Below, piece by piece: positions 36,927 to 46,411 of a stretch of DNA of 64,000 nucleotides. Position 1 is the stretch's first letter; the number at the start of each line of letters is the position of its first letter. The DNA lies in the NCBI GenBank assembly GCA_039930985.1, contig JBDTSV010000175.1, forward strand, positions 10,437-74,436, written 5' to 3'. The position numbers were made by a program, and so were the translations under genes. The notes below the pieces were generated by a model. It searched no databases. It was not told the origin of the DNA and worked only from the letters and a program-made list of their open reading frames with translations. The stretch is from Pseudomonadota bacterium (GTDB lineage: Bacteria > Pseudomonadota > Gammaproteobacteria > Steroidobacterales > Steroidobacteraceae).

Positions 36927-37487
36927 ATGCGCGACCTGAAAATTATTTCAACGTCGATCGCTGGTGTCGTGACGGTCGAGACCACGATGCGCACCGATCA
37001 TCGTGGCGAATTCGCGCGGCTCTTTTGTGAGCGCGAGCTGGCGCAGTGCATCGGCACCGGACACATCGTCCAGGTGAACCGTTCGCTGACGCGAGCGGTC
37101 GGCGCGGTCCGCGGCATGCACTACCAGTTGCCGCCCTACGCGGAGACCAAGCTGATTCGTTGCGTCCGAGGACGCGTCTGGGATGTCGCGGTAGACCTGC
37201 GCAAGGAATCGCCGACGTTTCTCAAGTGGACCGCGCAGGAGCTCTCGTCCGCGAATGGACTGATGTTCGTGGTTCCGGAGCGATGCGCGCACGGCTTTCA
37301 GGTTCTCGAACCCGATAGCGAACTCTTGTACCTGCATACGGCGTTCTACGCTCCGGCCGCGGAAGGGGGCATTTCGCCGATCGATCCCGCCGTTGGGATC
37401 GCCTGGCCACAGCCGATCGTAGATCTTTCGGAAAGGGACCGATCACATCCCCAACTTTCACCGGATTTTGGTGGAATCGTCGCATGA
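36927..37487 (+). CDS. NDP-4-dehydro-6-deoxyhexose 3,5-epimerase-like cupin (RmlC family)
   Basis: RmlC-like motifs: DHRGEFARLF, RGMHYQ, KLIRCVRGRVWDVAVDLR, AHGFQ. Confidence 0.8.
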   Translation: MRDLKIISTSIAGVVTVETTMRTDHRGEFARLFCERELAQCIGTGHIVQVNRSLTRAVGAVRGMHYQLPPYAETKLIRCVRGRVWDVAVDLRKESPTFLKWTAQELSSANGLMFVVPERCAHGFQVLEPDSELLYLHTAFYAPAAEGGISPIDPAVGIAWPQPIVDLSERDRSHPQLSPDFGGIVA

Positions 37488-38713
37488 AGTGTCGTCATTG
37501 CCAGTCTTTACTGGAGCGTACCTTTCTGGACCTGGGATTCGCTCCACCGTCCAATGCCTACCTGACACCCGAGGCGCTGTCGGCGCCGGAGACCTACTAT
37601 CCGTTGCGATTGAAGGTATGCACGACCTGCTGGTTGGTGCAGACCGAGGACTACGCCGCGGCCGACGAGTTCTTTTCCGCGGAATACGCGTACTTCTCGT
37701 CGGTTTCGCAGAGCTGGCTGGTGCATGCCGCACGCTACGTGGCGATGATCACGAAGAGATTGTCGTTGGGGTCGGACAGCTTCGTCATTGAGATCGCGTC
37801 GAATGACGGATATCTGTTGCGCAATTTCGTCGCGGACAAGATCCCATGCCTGGGCATCGAACCGACGGCGAGCACGGCGCAGGCGGCAGAAGCGATTGGA
37901 ATTCCCACGCAACGCGAGTTTTTCGGCGAGGCGCTGGCGAAGCGGCTGGTGTCTGAAGGCAAGTCGGCGGACCTCATCCTCGGCAACAACGTCTACGCGC
38001 ATGTTCCCGACATCAACGACTTCACGCGCGGATTGCGGACGGCGCTCAAGCCGGGCGGTACGATCACGCTCGAGTTCCCGCATCTGCTGCGCCTCATCGA
38101 ACAATCGCAATTCGACACGGTGTATCACGAACACTTCTCCTATCTATCGCTCACCACGGTCAGACGCATCTTCGAGACCTGCGGATTGCGCGTCTTCGAC
38201 GTCGAAGAACTCGGCACGCACGGCGGCAGTCTGCGTGTCTATGGCTGCCACCAGGCAGACGCCCGGCTGGACTCGCCAGCCGTAACCGCGGTGCTCGCCG
38301 AGGAAGCGCGGCGCGGGTTGACGTCGCTGGATATTTACCTGGCGTTTCAAGCGCGCGCGGACCAGGTCAAAGACGCACTGATCTCGTTTCTCATCGAGCA
38401 CAAGCGCGCGGGCAAGAGCGTCGCTGCATATGGAGCGGCGGCAAAGGGTTGCACGGTGCTCAACTACGGCGGCGTCAAGCCCGACCTGCTGTCTTTCGTT
38501 TGCGATGCGGCGCCGTCCAAGCAAGGCCGTTTCCTGCCGGGCAGTCACATTCCAATATTGGCACCCGCGGCGCTGCGCGAACGCAAGCCCGACATCGTGC
38601 TCATCCTGCCGTGGAACATCGCCGATGAAGTCGCGCGCGCGCACGCGTACATCGCCGAGTGGGGCGGACGTTTCGCGGTCGCGGTACCCGCTTTGCGATT
38701 CCTTGGCGGCTGA
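37484..38713 (+). CDS. NDP-hexose C-methyltransferase-like class I SAM methyltransferase (TylCIII-like architecture)
   Basis: N-terminal Cys motif MKCRHCQS..FLDLGFAPPSNAYL. SAM fold IEIASNDGYLL. A C-terminal C-methyltransferase-type domain is present. Its ATG overlaps the upstream stop. Confidence 0.8.
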   Translation: MKCRHCQSLLERTFLDLGFAPPSNAYLTPEALSAPETYYPLRLKVCTTCWLVQTEDYAAADEFFSAEYAYFSSVSQSWLVHAARYVAMITKRLSLGSDSFVIEIASNDGYLLRNFVADKIPCLGIEPTASTAQAAEAIGIPTQREFFGEALAKRLVSEGKSADLILGNNVYAHVPDINDFTRGLRTALKPGGTITLEFPHLLRLIEQSQFDTVYHEHFSYLSLTTVRRIFETCGLRVFDVEELGTHGGSLRVYGCHQADARLDSPAVTAVLAEEARRGLTSLDIYLAFQARADQVKDALISFLIEHKRAGKSVAAYGAAAKGCTVLNYGGVKPDLLSFVCDAAPSKQGRFLPGSHIPILAPAALRERKPDIVLILPWNIADEVARAHAYIAEWGGRFAVAVPALRFLGG

Positions 38714-38717
38714 AGCG

Positions 38718-39545
38718 ATGCGAATCGTAGTCACTGGCGCCAGCGGTTTCGTCGGCCGCCACGTCGTGCGTGCGTTGCTCGCGCGCGGGCACGCGATAAC
38801 GGCAGTTGGCCGGAACGTGGAGCACGCCGCGGTGCACGACTGGTTTGCACAAGTTCGTTTTGTCACGGCCGACGTGCATGCGCCGCCTGCCGATCTTCAT
38901 GCGATGTTCGGTGACGCTGACGTGGTTGTGCATCTAGCCTGGCCTGGTCTGCCTAACCACCGCCAGGCGTTTCATCTCCACGAAAATCTGCCGAACGATT
39001 TCGCCTTCCTGCGCGCATTGGTACTGGCGGGATACCGGCGCCTGCTGGTCGTTGGCACCTGCCTGGAGTGCTCGCCACGCGATGGCTGTTACACCGAAGA
39101 CATGGATGGCGAACCGACGTTGCCCTATGCGCTCGCCAAGGCGCGCCTGCGGCGACAACTGTTGGAGCTGCAGAACGAGCACGCGTTCGTACTGCAGTGG
39201 GCGCGGCTCTTCTATATGTACGGCGAGGGCCAACACCCGGCGTCGCTGCTGGCACAGCTGGATCGCGCCGTCGATTCCGGCGCCGCCGCTTTCGACATGT
39301 CGGGTGGTGAGCAGGTGCGTGACTTCTCGCCGGTTACGGAGATGGCCCGCAAGATCGCGGCAATCGCTGAACACCCTGAATGGAGCGGCGTCACTAACGT
39401 GTGTAGCGGCCAGCCCATCACCGTGCGCGCGCTCGTAGAACAGCATCTCGCCTCGCGAGGCGCGAACATCAAACTCAACCTCGGCGTTTATCCTTATCCG
39501 GCCGACGAACCTATGGCGTTCTGGGGGCGCAGCGAGCGACTGTGA
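38718..39545 (+). CDS. NAD-dependent SDR epimerase/reductase
   Basis: MRIVVTGASGFVGRHVVRALLARGH Rossmann and YALAK catalytic motif. Start chosen at the ATG at 38718. The ORF track extension from 38430 overlaps the upstream gene. Confidence 0.75.
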   Translation: MRIVVTGASGFVGRHVVRALLARGHAITAVGRNVEHAAVHDWFAQVRFVTADVHAPPADLHAMFGDADVVVHLAWPGLPNHRQAFHLHENLPNDFAFLRALVLAGYRRLLVVGTCLECSPRDGCYTEDMDGEPTLPYALAKARLRRQLLELQNEHAFVLQWARLFYMYGEGQHPASLLAQLDRAVDSGAAAFDMSGGEQVRDFSPVTEMARKIAAIAEHPEWSGVTNVCSGQPITVRALVEQHLASRGANIKLNLGVYPYPADEPMAFWGRSERL

Positions 39546-39673
39546 GCAAGCCAACGATGAAAAGCGCCTGCGGGGTGCCCCTGCCGAAAAATGCTGCAAA
39601 TGCAGGTGATTACCGTCAAAAAAACTGTGCGCCCGTTCCGGCCGCGTTTTCGCGCTACTGGCAAAGTTAACTT

Positions 39674-40627
39674 ATGCCTTCGCGCACGCCCTTCCTGACA
39701 GTGGTGATGCCGGTCCATTGCGGAGAACAATGGATCGAAGCGACGCTGGATTCGCTGGCCGCCGAAGCGGCGGACGACATAGAGGTCATCGTCATCGATG
39801 GCAGCCCGGACCAAGGCACGGCCAGTATCGTGATGCGATATGCCGACAGGCTCTCGCTCGAGCTGATCGCGCGCCCCGATCTGTTGAACTGGCGCACCAA
39901 GATAAATTTCGGCATGCAGCGCGCGCGCGCCTCTCACGTCTGCATGCTTTACCAGGACGACATCTGGCTGCCGGGCCGGGTCGCCGCAATTCGCAAATGG
40001 ATTGAAGACGCCCCGGAAGCCGTGCTCCATCTCGCACCGACGGCGATCGTCGACCTCAACGGTCGTGCGCTTGGAATCTGGCGGTGCCCGCTTCCGGCCG
40101 ACGCAGTGGCGCCCGCGGCTTTGCTGCTGGAACGCCTGCTCGTGCAGAATTTCATCTCGGCGCCGACCCCGGTGTTCCGGCGCGACGCGTGGTTCGCCTG
40201 CAATGGCCTCGATGCCGACCTCTGGTACACGGCTGATTGGGATCTCTGGCTGAAGCTCGCAAGCCATGGGCCGGTCCACTATCACGACAAGGTGACCGTC
40301 GGCTTTCGTATCCACGGTGGCTCGCTGACCATGACCGGCAGTCGCAATCCCGCCGATTTCGAAAGCCAGATGCGCATCGTGCTGGATCGTCATGTCACCC
40401 GGCTCGCGCCCGCGCTGAGCGTTCCGGTCGGGCGCGCCGCGAACGCTTCGATCAAGATCAACGTTGCGCTTGCGGCCGCATCAGGCGGCGCTCTTGGAGC
40501 GCTCGCAAAGGCGGTCGGCCAGCTGCTTCTGCTGGGCCCGCGCGGCGCGCACCGTTACCTGCGCGATTCACGTCTGTTCGAGCGGGTCGTTCCGCGCCTT
40601 CGCGCCAAATTTTCAGGAGCGCTCTAA
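39674..40627 (+). CDS. family 2 glycosyltransferase
   Basis: FLTVVMPVHCGEQWI...VIVIDGSPDQGT is a typical GT2 N-terminus, with a DD motif (YQDDIW). Confidence 0.8.
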   Translation: MPSRTPFLTVVMPVHCGEQWIEATLDSLAAEAADDIEVIVIDGSPDQGTASIVMRYADRLSLELIARPDLLNWRTKINFGMQRARASHVCMLYQDDIWLPGRVAAIRKWIEDAPEAVLHLAPTAIVDLNGRALGIWRCPLPADAVAPAALLLERLLVQNFISAPTPVFRRDAWFACNGLDADLWYTADWDLWLKLASHGPVHYHDKVTVGFRIHGGSLTMTGSRNPADFESQMRIVLDRHVTRLAPALSVPVGRAANASIKINVALAAASGGALGALAKAVGQLLLLGPRGAHRYLRDSRLFERVVPRLRAKFSGAL

Positions 40628-40629
40628 CC

Positions 40630-41259
40630 ATGCCCATCGGGCCCGCCGTCCGCCGCGCCTTCGGCCCGTTCGAACATCTGGTCACGGCGGCCTATCGCTC
40701 TATCTATGTCGACCTCGACGACTATGTCGATGCCGTCCACGCCTGGGTCCCGGATGCTCGCGAGATATTGGAGGTAGGATGCGGCGAGGGTGCGGTAACC
40801 GAGCGCCTTGCGGCCGCTTATCCCGAGGCACGAATCACGGCGATCGACATCACGCCGCGGGTCGGCCGCCTCTATCGCGGCCCCGCCAACCGGGTTCGAT
40901 TCCGACAATGCACGGTCCAGGAAATCGCCGCGCTGGAACCCGGCAGATTCGATCTGACGATGATCGCCGATGTCATGCACCATGTGCCCGATGCGCTTCG
41001 CAAAGGCCTGCTCGATGCGGTCAATGCGTGCATCGCCCCCGGCGGGTCGTTGATCTTCAAGGAATGGGAACGCAGCCGCACTCCTATCCACTGGATGTGC
41101 CATGCATCGGACCGCTGGCTCACCGGTGATCGCGTGAGCTACATGAGCCGCGACGAGGGTCGCGCCTTGCTCGCCCAGACCTTTGACAAGGCCGCGCTGA
41201 TCGACGAACGCCGGGTGGCACCCTGGCGCAACAACATCATGACCCTGGTTCGTCCGTGA
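40630..41259 (+). CDS. class I SAM-dependent methyltransferase
   Basis: ILEVGCGEGAVTERL motif I. Start chosen at the ATG at 40630, 2 nt after the GT2 stop. The ORF track extension from 40237 was rejected. Confidence 0.75.
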   Translation: MPIGPAVRRAFGPFEHLVTAAYRSIYVDLDDYVDAVHAWVPDAREILEVGCGEGAVTERLAAAYPEARITAIDITPRVGRLYRGPANRVRFRQCTVQEIAALEPGRFDLTMIADVMHHVPDALRKGLLDAVNACIAPGGSLIFKEWERSRTPIHWMCHASDRWLTGDRVSYMSRDEGRALLAQTFDKAALIDERRVAPWRNNIMTLVRP

Positions 41260-41648
41260 CGCCGGCCGACATCCTCAAGTATGGCCGACGCTATCTGACG
41301 GTGGGAGCGCTGTGCGCGCTGATCCACAATCTGATCATGATCGGTGGGGACTTCTTCGGCGTGCACTATCTGCCGGCGACCCTGATCTCGTTCGCCGTGG
41401 TGACGCCGCTCGGCTATTTCCTGCATTGCAGATTCACGTTCCGCAAGGCGCATTCGCTCGAAGGGTTTCTGCGCTTCATGGCCGGAATCGCCATCGGCTA
41501 TCCGATTTCGCTGGCCCTGATGGTTTTGTTTTGCTCCGGGCTGGGCTTGCCGGTGCTGATCGCGGCGCCGCTGGCGACCGCTGTGCTGTTCGTCTTCAAC
41601 TATCTATCGGCCCATTGGGCAATCGTCCGTCGTCTGCGGCAGCATTGA
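41256..41648 (+). CDS. GtrA-family membrane protein
   Basis: 130 aa with four hydrophobic segments and the GtrA-like pattern (LKYGRRYLTVGALCALIHNLIM...YFLHCRFTFRK). Its GTG overlaps the upstream stop (GTGA). Confidence 0.8.
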   Translation: MTPADILKYGRRYLTVGALCALIHNLIMIGGDFFGVHYLPATLISFAVVTPLGYFLHCRFTFRKAHSLEGFLRFMAGIAIGYPISLALMVLFCSGLGLPVLIAAPLATAVLFVFNYLSAHWAIVRRLRQH

Positions 41649-41846
41649 AGGTTCCTCGAGCCGGTCTGGGCGGCAGGGACATGTAGGGCGCCGCGGCTGC
41701 CGCCGAAGTTAGGCGCCGAAGCCAGCCTCAAGGGTCCCCTCCCGCAACAGGGCGTCGAACGTATGAGGGGCAACGTACAGACACCATTGCGTGGCACGCG
41801 TATCTGATTGCTTCCGCCCTCATCGGTCGGCAGGAAGCGCGCTCAA

Positions 41847-44800
41847 ATGCATTGCGACGAACGCACCCGGTTCCACATCTGGTTCACGGCGCTGCTGCTG
41901 AGCGCCCTGGCGGGCGCGTGCAGCTCGAATGGCGAGTCGCTGCTGGGCGCAGGTGGAGTTGCCGTTCTTGCGCCGACAGTAATCACGGTGTCACCGGCCG
42001 ACGATTCGGTCGGGGTATCCGTCAACGCCGCAATCATGGCCGGATTCAGCCAGCCGATCGGTCTCGCTGGCCTGACCGTCTCGGTGACCTGCGCGGCGCC
42101 GTGCACGATTCCGGTCGGCACGGTGGCGCTCGACAGCACCGGCACAGTCGCGACATTTTCGATTCCGGCAAGCCTCGCGCCGGTCACCGCTTATTCGATC
42201 ACCTTTTCTGGCGCACGGAGCCTGGATACCGGCGTCGTCATGGCAAGTTCCTACCAGTGGAACTTCACCACGGGTAGTTTGGCCGACATCATCGCGCCGA
42301 CGGTGAGCGCCACCACTCCGACTGGTCCGGCGGTGCCGATCAACTCGCTGCTCAGCGCGAGCTTCAGTGAGCCCATGAATCCGCTCACCCTCACCGATTC
42401 GACGTTCACACTCGCTTGTCCGCTGGGCGCGCCGGTCACGGGCGTCATGAGTTACGCGGCGAGCGGCAATGTCGCGATATTCACTCCCACAGCCATGCTG
42501 CCGCCGAGCACCACCTGCAGGGCGCAGATCGGCACCGGTGCCCAGGACGTGGCAGGCAACGCGTTGGCCGGCGCTTACGCCTGGTCTTTCACCACCACCG
42601 CGACGGCCGATAGCACCGCACCCACGGTGACTGCCACCACGCCAACCGGCAGCGGTGTGGCGACCAACGCCTTGCTCACGGCGAGCTTCAGCGAGCCGAT
42701 GAACCCACTCTCGCTCACCAACGGGACATTCACGCTGGCCTGCCCGGCGGGCACGCCCGTCAGCGGAACGGTCGGCTACGCGGTCAGCGGCAGTGTCGCG
42801 ACATTCACGCCGTCGGCACTGCTGCCAGCCAGCATCACCTGTGCCGCCACACTAACTACCGGGGTGGAGGACGCATCCGGAAATTCCCTGGGTAGCGCAG
42901 TTGGCTGGAGTTTCACCACCAGCGCGGCGCCCGACACGGCCAGCCCGACCGTGAGCTCGACCAGCCCGGTCACGGGTGCCGGCGCAGTTCCGATCAATAC
43001 CCTCATCACCGCCAGCTTCAGCGAGGGCATGGATCCGCTCACGGTGACGAGCGCGACATTCACGTTGGCCTGCCCGGGAACCACGCCGGTGGCGGGGATC
43101 GTGGGGTACGCGGTCAACGGCAATCTCGCGACGTTCACGCCCGCAGCGCCCTTGCCAGCCAGCAGCAGTTGCACGGTGCGACTGACGACCGGCGTTACGG
43201 ATGCGGCCGGCAACCCTCTGGCCGCGCCTTTCAACTGGGGATTCGACACGGGCGCGGTCGCGGACATCACCGCCCCCACGGTCGGCGTCACGACTCCCAG
43301 TGGTGCTGGTGTTGCCCTCAACACGGTGGTCACGGTGAGTTTCAGCGAGCCCATGAATGCGCTCACGTTGACCAGTTCGACATTCACGCTGGCGTGTCCT
43401 GGAGGTACGCCGGTCCCGGGCGCGGTCGGTTATGCAGTCAGCGGCAGCATCGCCACGTTCACACCCTCTGCAGCGTTGCCCGCCAGCACGACCTGCATCG
43501 CGCGGATCGGGACCGGTGCGCAAGACGCGGCGGGCAATGCAGTGGCGGCGGCGTTTAGCTGGAACTTCACCACCGGCGTGGCGCCAGACCTCACCGCGCC
43601 GACGGTGAGTTCGACCAGCCCCGCGGCGGGCACTACGGGCGTCGCCATCAACTCGCTGATCACCGCCAGCTTTAACGAGCCAATGGACCCGCTCACGCTC
43701 ACGAGCGCGACGTTCACGCTGTCGTGCCCCGGGGGTTCGCCGGTCACGGGAACCGTCGGCTATGCGGTCAGCGGCAATGTCGCCACGTTCACGCCCACGG
43801 CAGTGTTGCCCGCCAGTACGATCTGCACGGCGCAGATCGGCACGGGTGCACAGGATGCGGCGGGCAACGGACTCGCCACCGCATTCAGCTGGAGCTTCAC
43901 CACCGGCGTGGCGCCGGATGTCACGGCACCCACGGTGAGTTCGACCAGTCCCGCGGCGAGCGCCACGGGCGTGGCTATCAACACGTTGGTCACCGCCAGC
44001 TTCAGCGAGCCGATGGATCCGCTCACACTCACGAGCGCAATTTTCACACTGGGCTGCCCAGCAGGAGCGCCGGTCACGGGAACCGTTGGCTATGCCGTCA
44101 GCGGCAACGTGGCGACGTTCACCCCCACCGCCGTATTGCCAGCAAGCACGATTTGTACCGCGCAGATCGGTACAGGTGCACAGGATGCGGCGGGCAACGC
44201 TATCGCGGCCGCGTTCAGCTGGAGTTTCACCACGGGAGTCGCGCCCGACGTCACGCCACCAACGGTGACCTCGACGAATCCTTTGACTGGCGCCGTGGGT
44301 GTCTGCACCAACAAGACCATCAATGCCACATTCAGCGAGGCCATGGACCCGTTGACGATTTCGACCGCGACTCTTGCACTGACAGTAACCGCCGGAGCGG
44401 CGGTCACGGGAGTGGTGACCTTCGACGCGATGACGAACATCGCGACCTTCGATCCGGGCGTCGATCTCATCGGCAGTCCCGCGACTAACTACACCGCCAC
44501 CATCCGCGGCGGCTCTTCCGGCGTAAAGGATCTGGCCGGCAATCCGCTCGCCGCCGACGTGGTCACCACCTTCACCACCAACTCATCCACCTGCACGACT
44601 GCCCCACCACTCGGTGTCGCGGCTCCCTTTGGCGGATTCGGCGGCCTTGCGACGCTCACCAATGACGGACTCGCCACCGTCATCAACGGCGACATCGGCG
44701 TGAATGCAGCCTCGACCACCATTACCGGACTGCATGATGCGGGCGGCAACGTCTACACGATTACCCCGGACAACAATGGCTCGGTGAATGGACTCATATA

Positions 44801-45413
44801 TACAGCTACCGCGCCGCCGGGTTCCCCCGCCGGTGTCGCGGTGACGCAGGCGCGCACAGCCGCCCTGGCCAGTTTCAATTCGATCTCGCCAGCGAACCTT
44901 CCCGGCGGAATCGACGTTTCGAGTCTGGCGCAGTGCCCAAGCTGCGGAGGCGCGGGTGGCGGCGCCGATGAGCTGGCCGGACGCACGCTGCCGCCCGGGA
45001 TCTATCTATCCGCCGCCGGCACGTTCGATATCGGCGGCGCGGGTCGTACCACCGCCAACCTGACGCTCGACGCCGGCGGCGACACCAATGCTGTGTGGGT
45101 GTTTCAGACCACTGCGGGCACGGGCACGCTCAACGTCGGCCTGACCGGTCCTGCCACCCCGGCGGTTCCGATAATGGTGCTGCTGGTGAACGGCGCGCAG
45201 CCTCGCAACGTGTTCTGGTTCGTGCCCGCGGGCGCCACGATCGGTACGGGCTCGACCGTCGCGGCTACCTTGTTGGCCAACGCAGCCATCACCATCTCCA
45301 CCACCGGCGGCAGCCCGCCGACCGCGGTTGTGACCACGATAAATGGGCGCGCGATCTCGCTCACCGCCGCCGTGACGATGACCAACGCTGTTATCAACGT
45401 ACCGCCGCCGTAA
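41847..45413 (+). CDS. surface lipoprotein with 8 Ig-like (SbsA_Ig/Big_5-type) domains and a C-terminal ice-binding-like DUF3494 domain
   Basis: Lipobox LLSALAGACSS. Repeated units of about 110 aa read APTV..T.P.....V..N....ASFSEPM.PLTLT..TFTL.CP......G.V.Y......ATFTP...LP....C. The C-terminal region PLGVAAPFGGFGGLATLTNDGLATVINGDIGVN matches the DUF3494/ice-binding family pattern. Confidence 0.85.
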   Translation: MHCDERTRFHIWFTALLLSALAGACSSNGESLLGAGGVAVLAPTVITVSPADDSVGVSVNAAIMAGFSQPIGLAGLTVSVTCAAPCTIPVGTVALDSTGTVATFSIPASLAPVTAYSITFSGARSLDTGVVMASSYQWNFTTGSLADIIAPTVSATTPTGPAVPINSLLSASFSEPMNPLTLTDSTFTLACPLGAPVTGVMSYAASGNVAIFTPTAMLPPSTTCRAQIGTGAQDVAGNALAGAYAWSFTTTATADSTAPTVTATTPTGSGVATNALLTASFSEPMNPLSLTNGTFTLACPAGTPVSGTVGYAVSGSVATFTPSALLPASITCAATLTTGVEDASGNSLGSAVGWSFTTSAAPDTASPTVSSTSPVTGAGAVPINTLITASFSEGMDPLTVTSATFTLACPGTTPVAGIVGYAVNGNLATFTPAAPLPASSSCTVRLTTGVTDAAGNPLAAPFNWGFDTGAVADITAPTVGVTTPSGAGVALNTVVTVSFSEPMNALTLTSSTFTLACPGGTPVPGAVGYAVSGSIATFTPSAALPASTTCIARIGTGAQDAAGNAVAAAFSWNFTTGVAPDLTAPTVSSTSPAAGTTGVAINSLITASFNEPMDPLTLTSATFTLSCPGGSPVTGTVGYAVSGNVATFTPTAVLPASTICTAQIGTGAQDAAGNGLATAFSWSFTTGVAPDVTAPTVSSTSPAASATGVAINTLVTASFSEPMDPLTLTSAIFTLGCPAGAPVTGTVGYAVSGNVATFTPTAVLPASTICTAQIGTGAQDAAGNAIAAAFSWSFTTGVAPDVTPPTVTSTNPLTGAVGVCTNKTINATFSEAMDPLTISTATLALTVTAGAAVTGVVTFDAMTNIATFDPGVDLIGSPATNYTATIRGGSSGVKDLAGNPLAADVVTTFTTNSSTCTTAPPLGVAAPFGGFGGLATLTNDGLATVINGDIGVNAASTTITGLHDAGGNVYTITPDNNGSVNGLIYTATAPPGSPAGVAVTQARTAALASFNSISPANLPGGIDVSSLAQCPSCGGAGGGADELAGRTLPPGIYLSAAGTFDIGGAGRTTANLTLDAGGDTNAVWVFQTTAGTGTLNVGLTGPATPAVPIMVLLVNGAQPRNVFWFVPAGATIGTGSTVAATLLANAAITISTTGGSPPTAVVTTINGRAISLTAAVTMTNAVINVPPP
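42290..44590 (+). repeat. seven tandem coding repeats of about 330 bp inside the Ig-repeat gene
   Basis: The periodicity is visible at both protein and DNA level. The units at about 43591-43920 and 43921-44250 are the most similar pair. Confidence 0.8.
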
Positions 45414-45599
45414 AAGCGGGCAGGGGCGCCGGTATTGTTGTTAGCGATGACCGGCCATTGGGCCGATGCCGAGCGCGGCCGGGCCCGATGCGCAGGACTT
45501 GGCCTACACCGACCAGCGCTTCCAACGATGTGCCCCACCGTACAGAGCAGTCTCGGTCAGGATAGGATCACTGACTCCCACCCCCGCTCAGAGGCCTCC

Positions 45600-45749
45600 A
45601 TGAATCTTCATATCACGATCGGCCCGCTGCTCTCACTCATTGCGGGCATCCTGATCTTCATCGTGCCGCGGCTGCTCAACTACATCGTCGCGATTTACCT
45701 GATCGCCATGGGCTTGATCGGACTCTTCGGCACCGGCGCGTTTCACTGA
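45600..45749 (+). CDS. small two-TM membrane protein (DUF3096-like)
   Basis: MNLHITIGPLLSLIAGILIFIVPRLLNYIVAIYLIAMGLIGLFG. The upstream part of the listed ORF (from 45435) is not protein-like. Confidence 0.55.
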   Translation: MNLHITIGPLLSLIAGILIFIVPRLLNYIVAIYLIAMGLIGLFGTGAFH

Positions 45750-45859
45750 GCATCGCGCGTCCGGCCGGGAGGATGGCCAGCGATCACGACACGGATGTCC
45801 GGCAGCTCTGACGCGCCGTTGCTACGTTTGCGAGCCGACTGAGTGGCAGCCGATGCTGC

Positions 45860-46411
45860 TCACGGGTTGCGGCGCAGCGGGGCACCGAAATCCTGAACCC
45901 AGTAGATGTGGCCGCGCTTCTTGCCGGTGGCCAGTCCAACGCCAATGTGCTGGAACCTCGTGTCCATGATGTTGGCGCAATGTCCGGGGCTGCCCAGCCA
46001 CCCGGCCACCACTTCCTCCGCCGACGTAGGCCCGAAAGCGATGTTTTCGCCCGTCAGCTTCGATTGGTATCCGGCGCGCAGCACGCGCTCTCTGGGCTGA
46101 CTGCCGTCGGCCGCGCGATGATCGAAGTATTTTCTTCGCGCCATGTCGTGCGCAAGACTCGCCGCGGCTTCATCGAGCGGGCGAACAGCCTGCAAGGGCG
46201 GTGCGGCAGCAAAATGCTCATCGCCACACATCCTGCCTCTGGCTCTCGCCGCATTGACCAATTCCACGACGCGCGCTCTAACCACTGAGTCAGGGTGTCG
46301 ACCGACGATTGCATCGGCGGCCAATGCTGTCGAAACCATTGCGGCCATCGTCAGGATGGCGAAGCAACGCACCCGGACTTGCCCGCGCCTGTGATGGGGG
46401 ATGCCAGACAT
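45860..46411 (-). CDS. CAP/SCP/PR-1 domain secreted protein
   Basis: Motifs HDMARRKYFDHR, GENIAFG and VAGWLGSPGHCANIMD. The start is uncertain; internal Met residues precede the signal peptide. Confidence 0.8.
   Translation of the reverse strand: MSGIPHHRRGQVRVRCFAILTMAAMVSTALAADAIVGRHPDSVVRARVVELVNAARARGRMCGDEHFAAAPPLQAVRPLDEAAASLAHDMARRKYFDHRAADGSQPRERVLRAGYQSKLTGENIAFGPTSAEEVVAGWLGSPGHCANIMDTRFQHIGVGLATGKKRGHIYWVQDFGAPLRRNP

Noticed and set aside
42290-44590. Regularly spaced ~330-bp repeats, considered as a possible CRISPR array or satellite.
   Set aside because: The repeats are in frame, contiguous (no spacers) and encode Ig-like domains of one long ORF. The many 100-200-aa antisense ORFs listed there are artefacts of the repeat.
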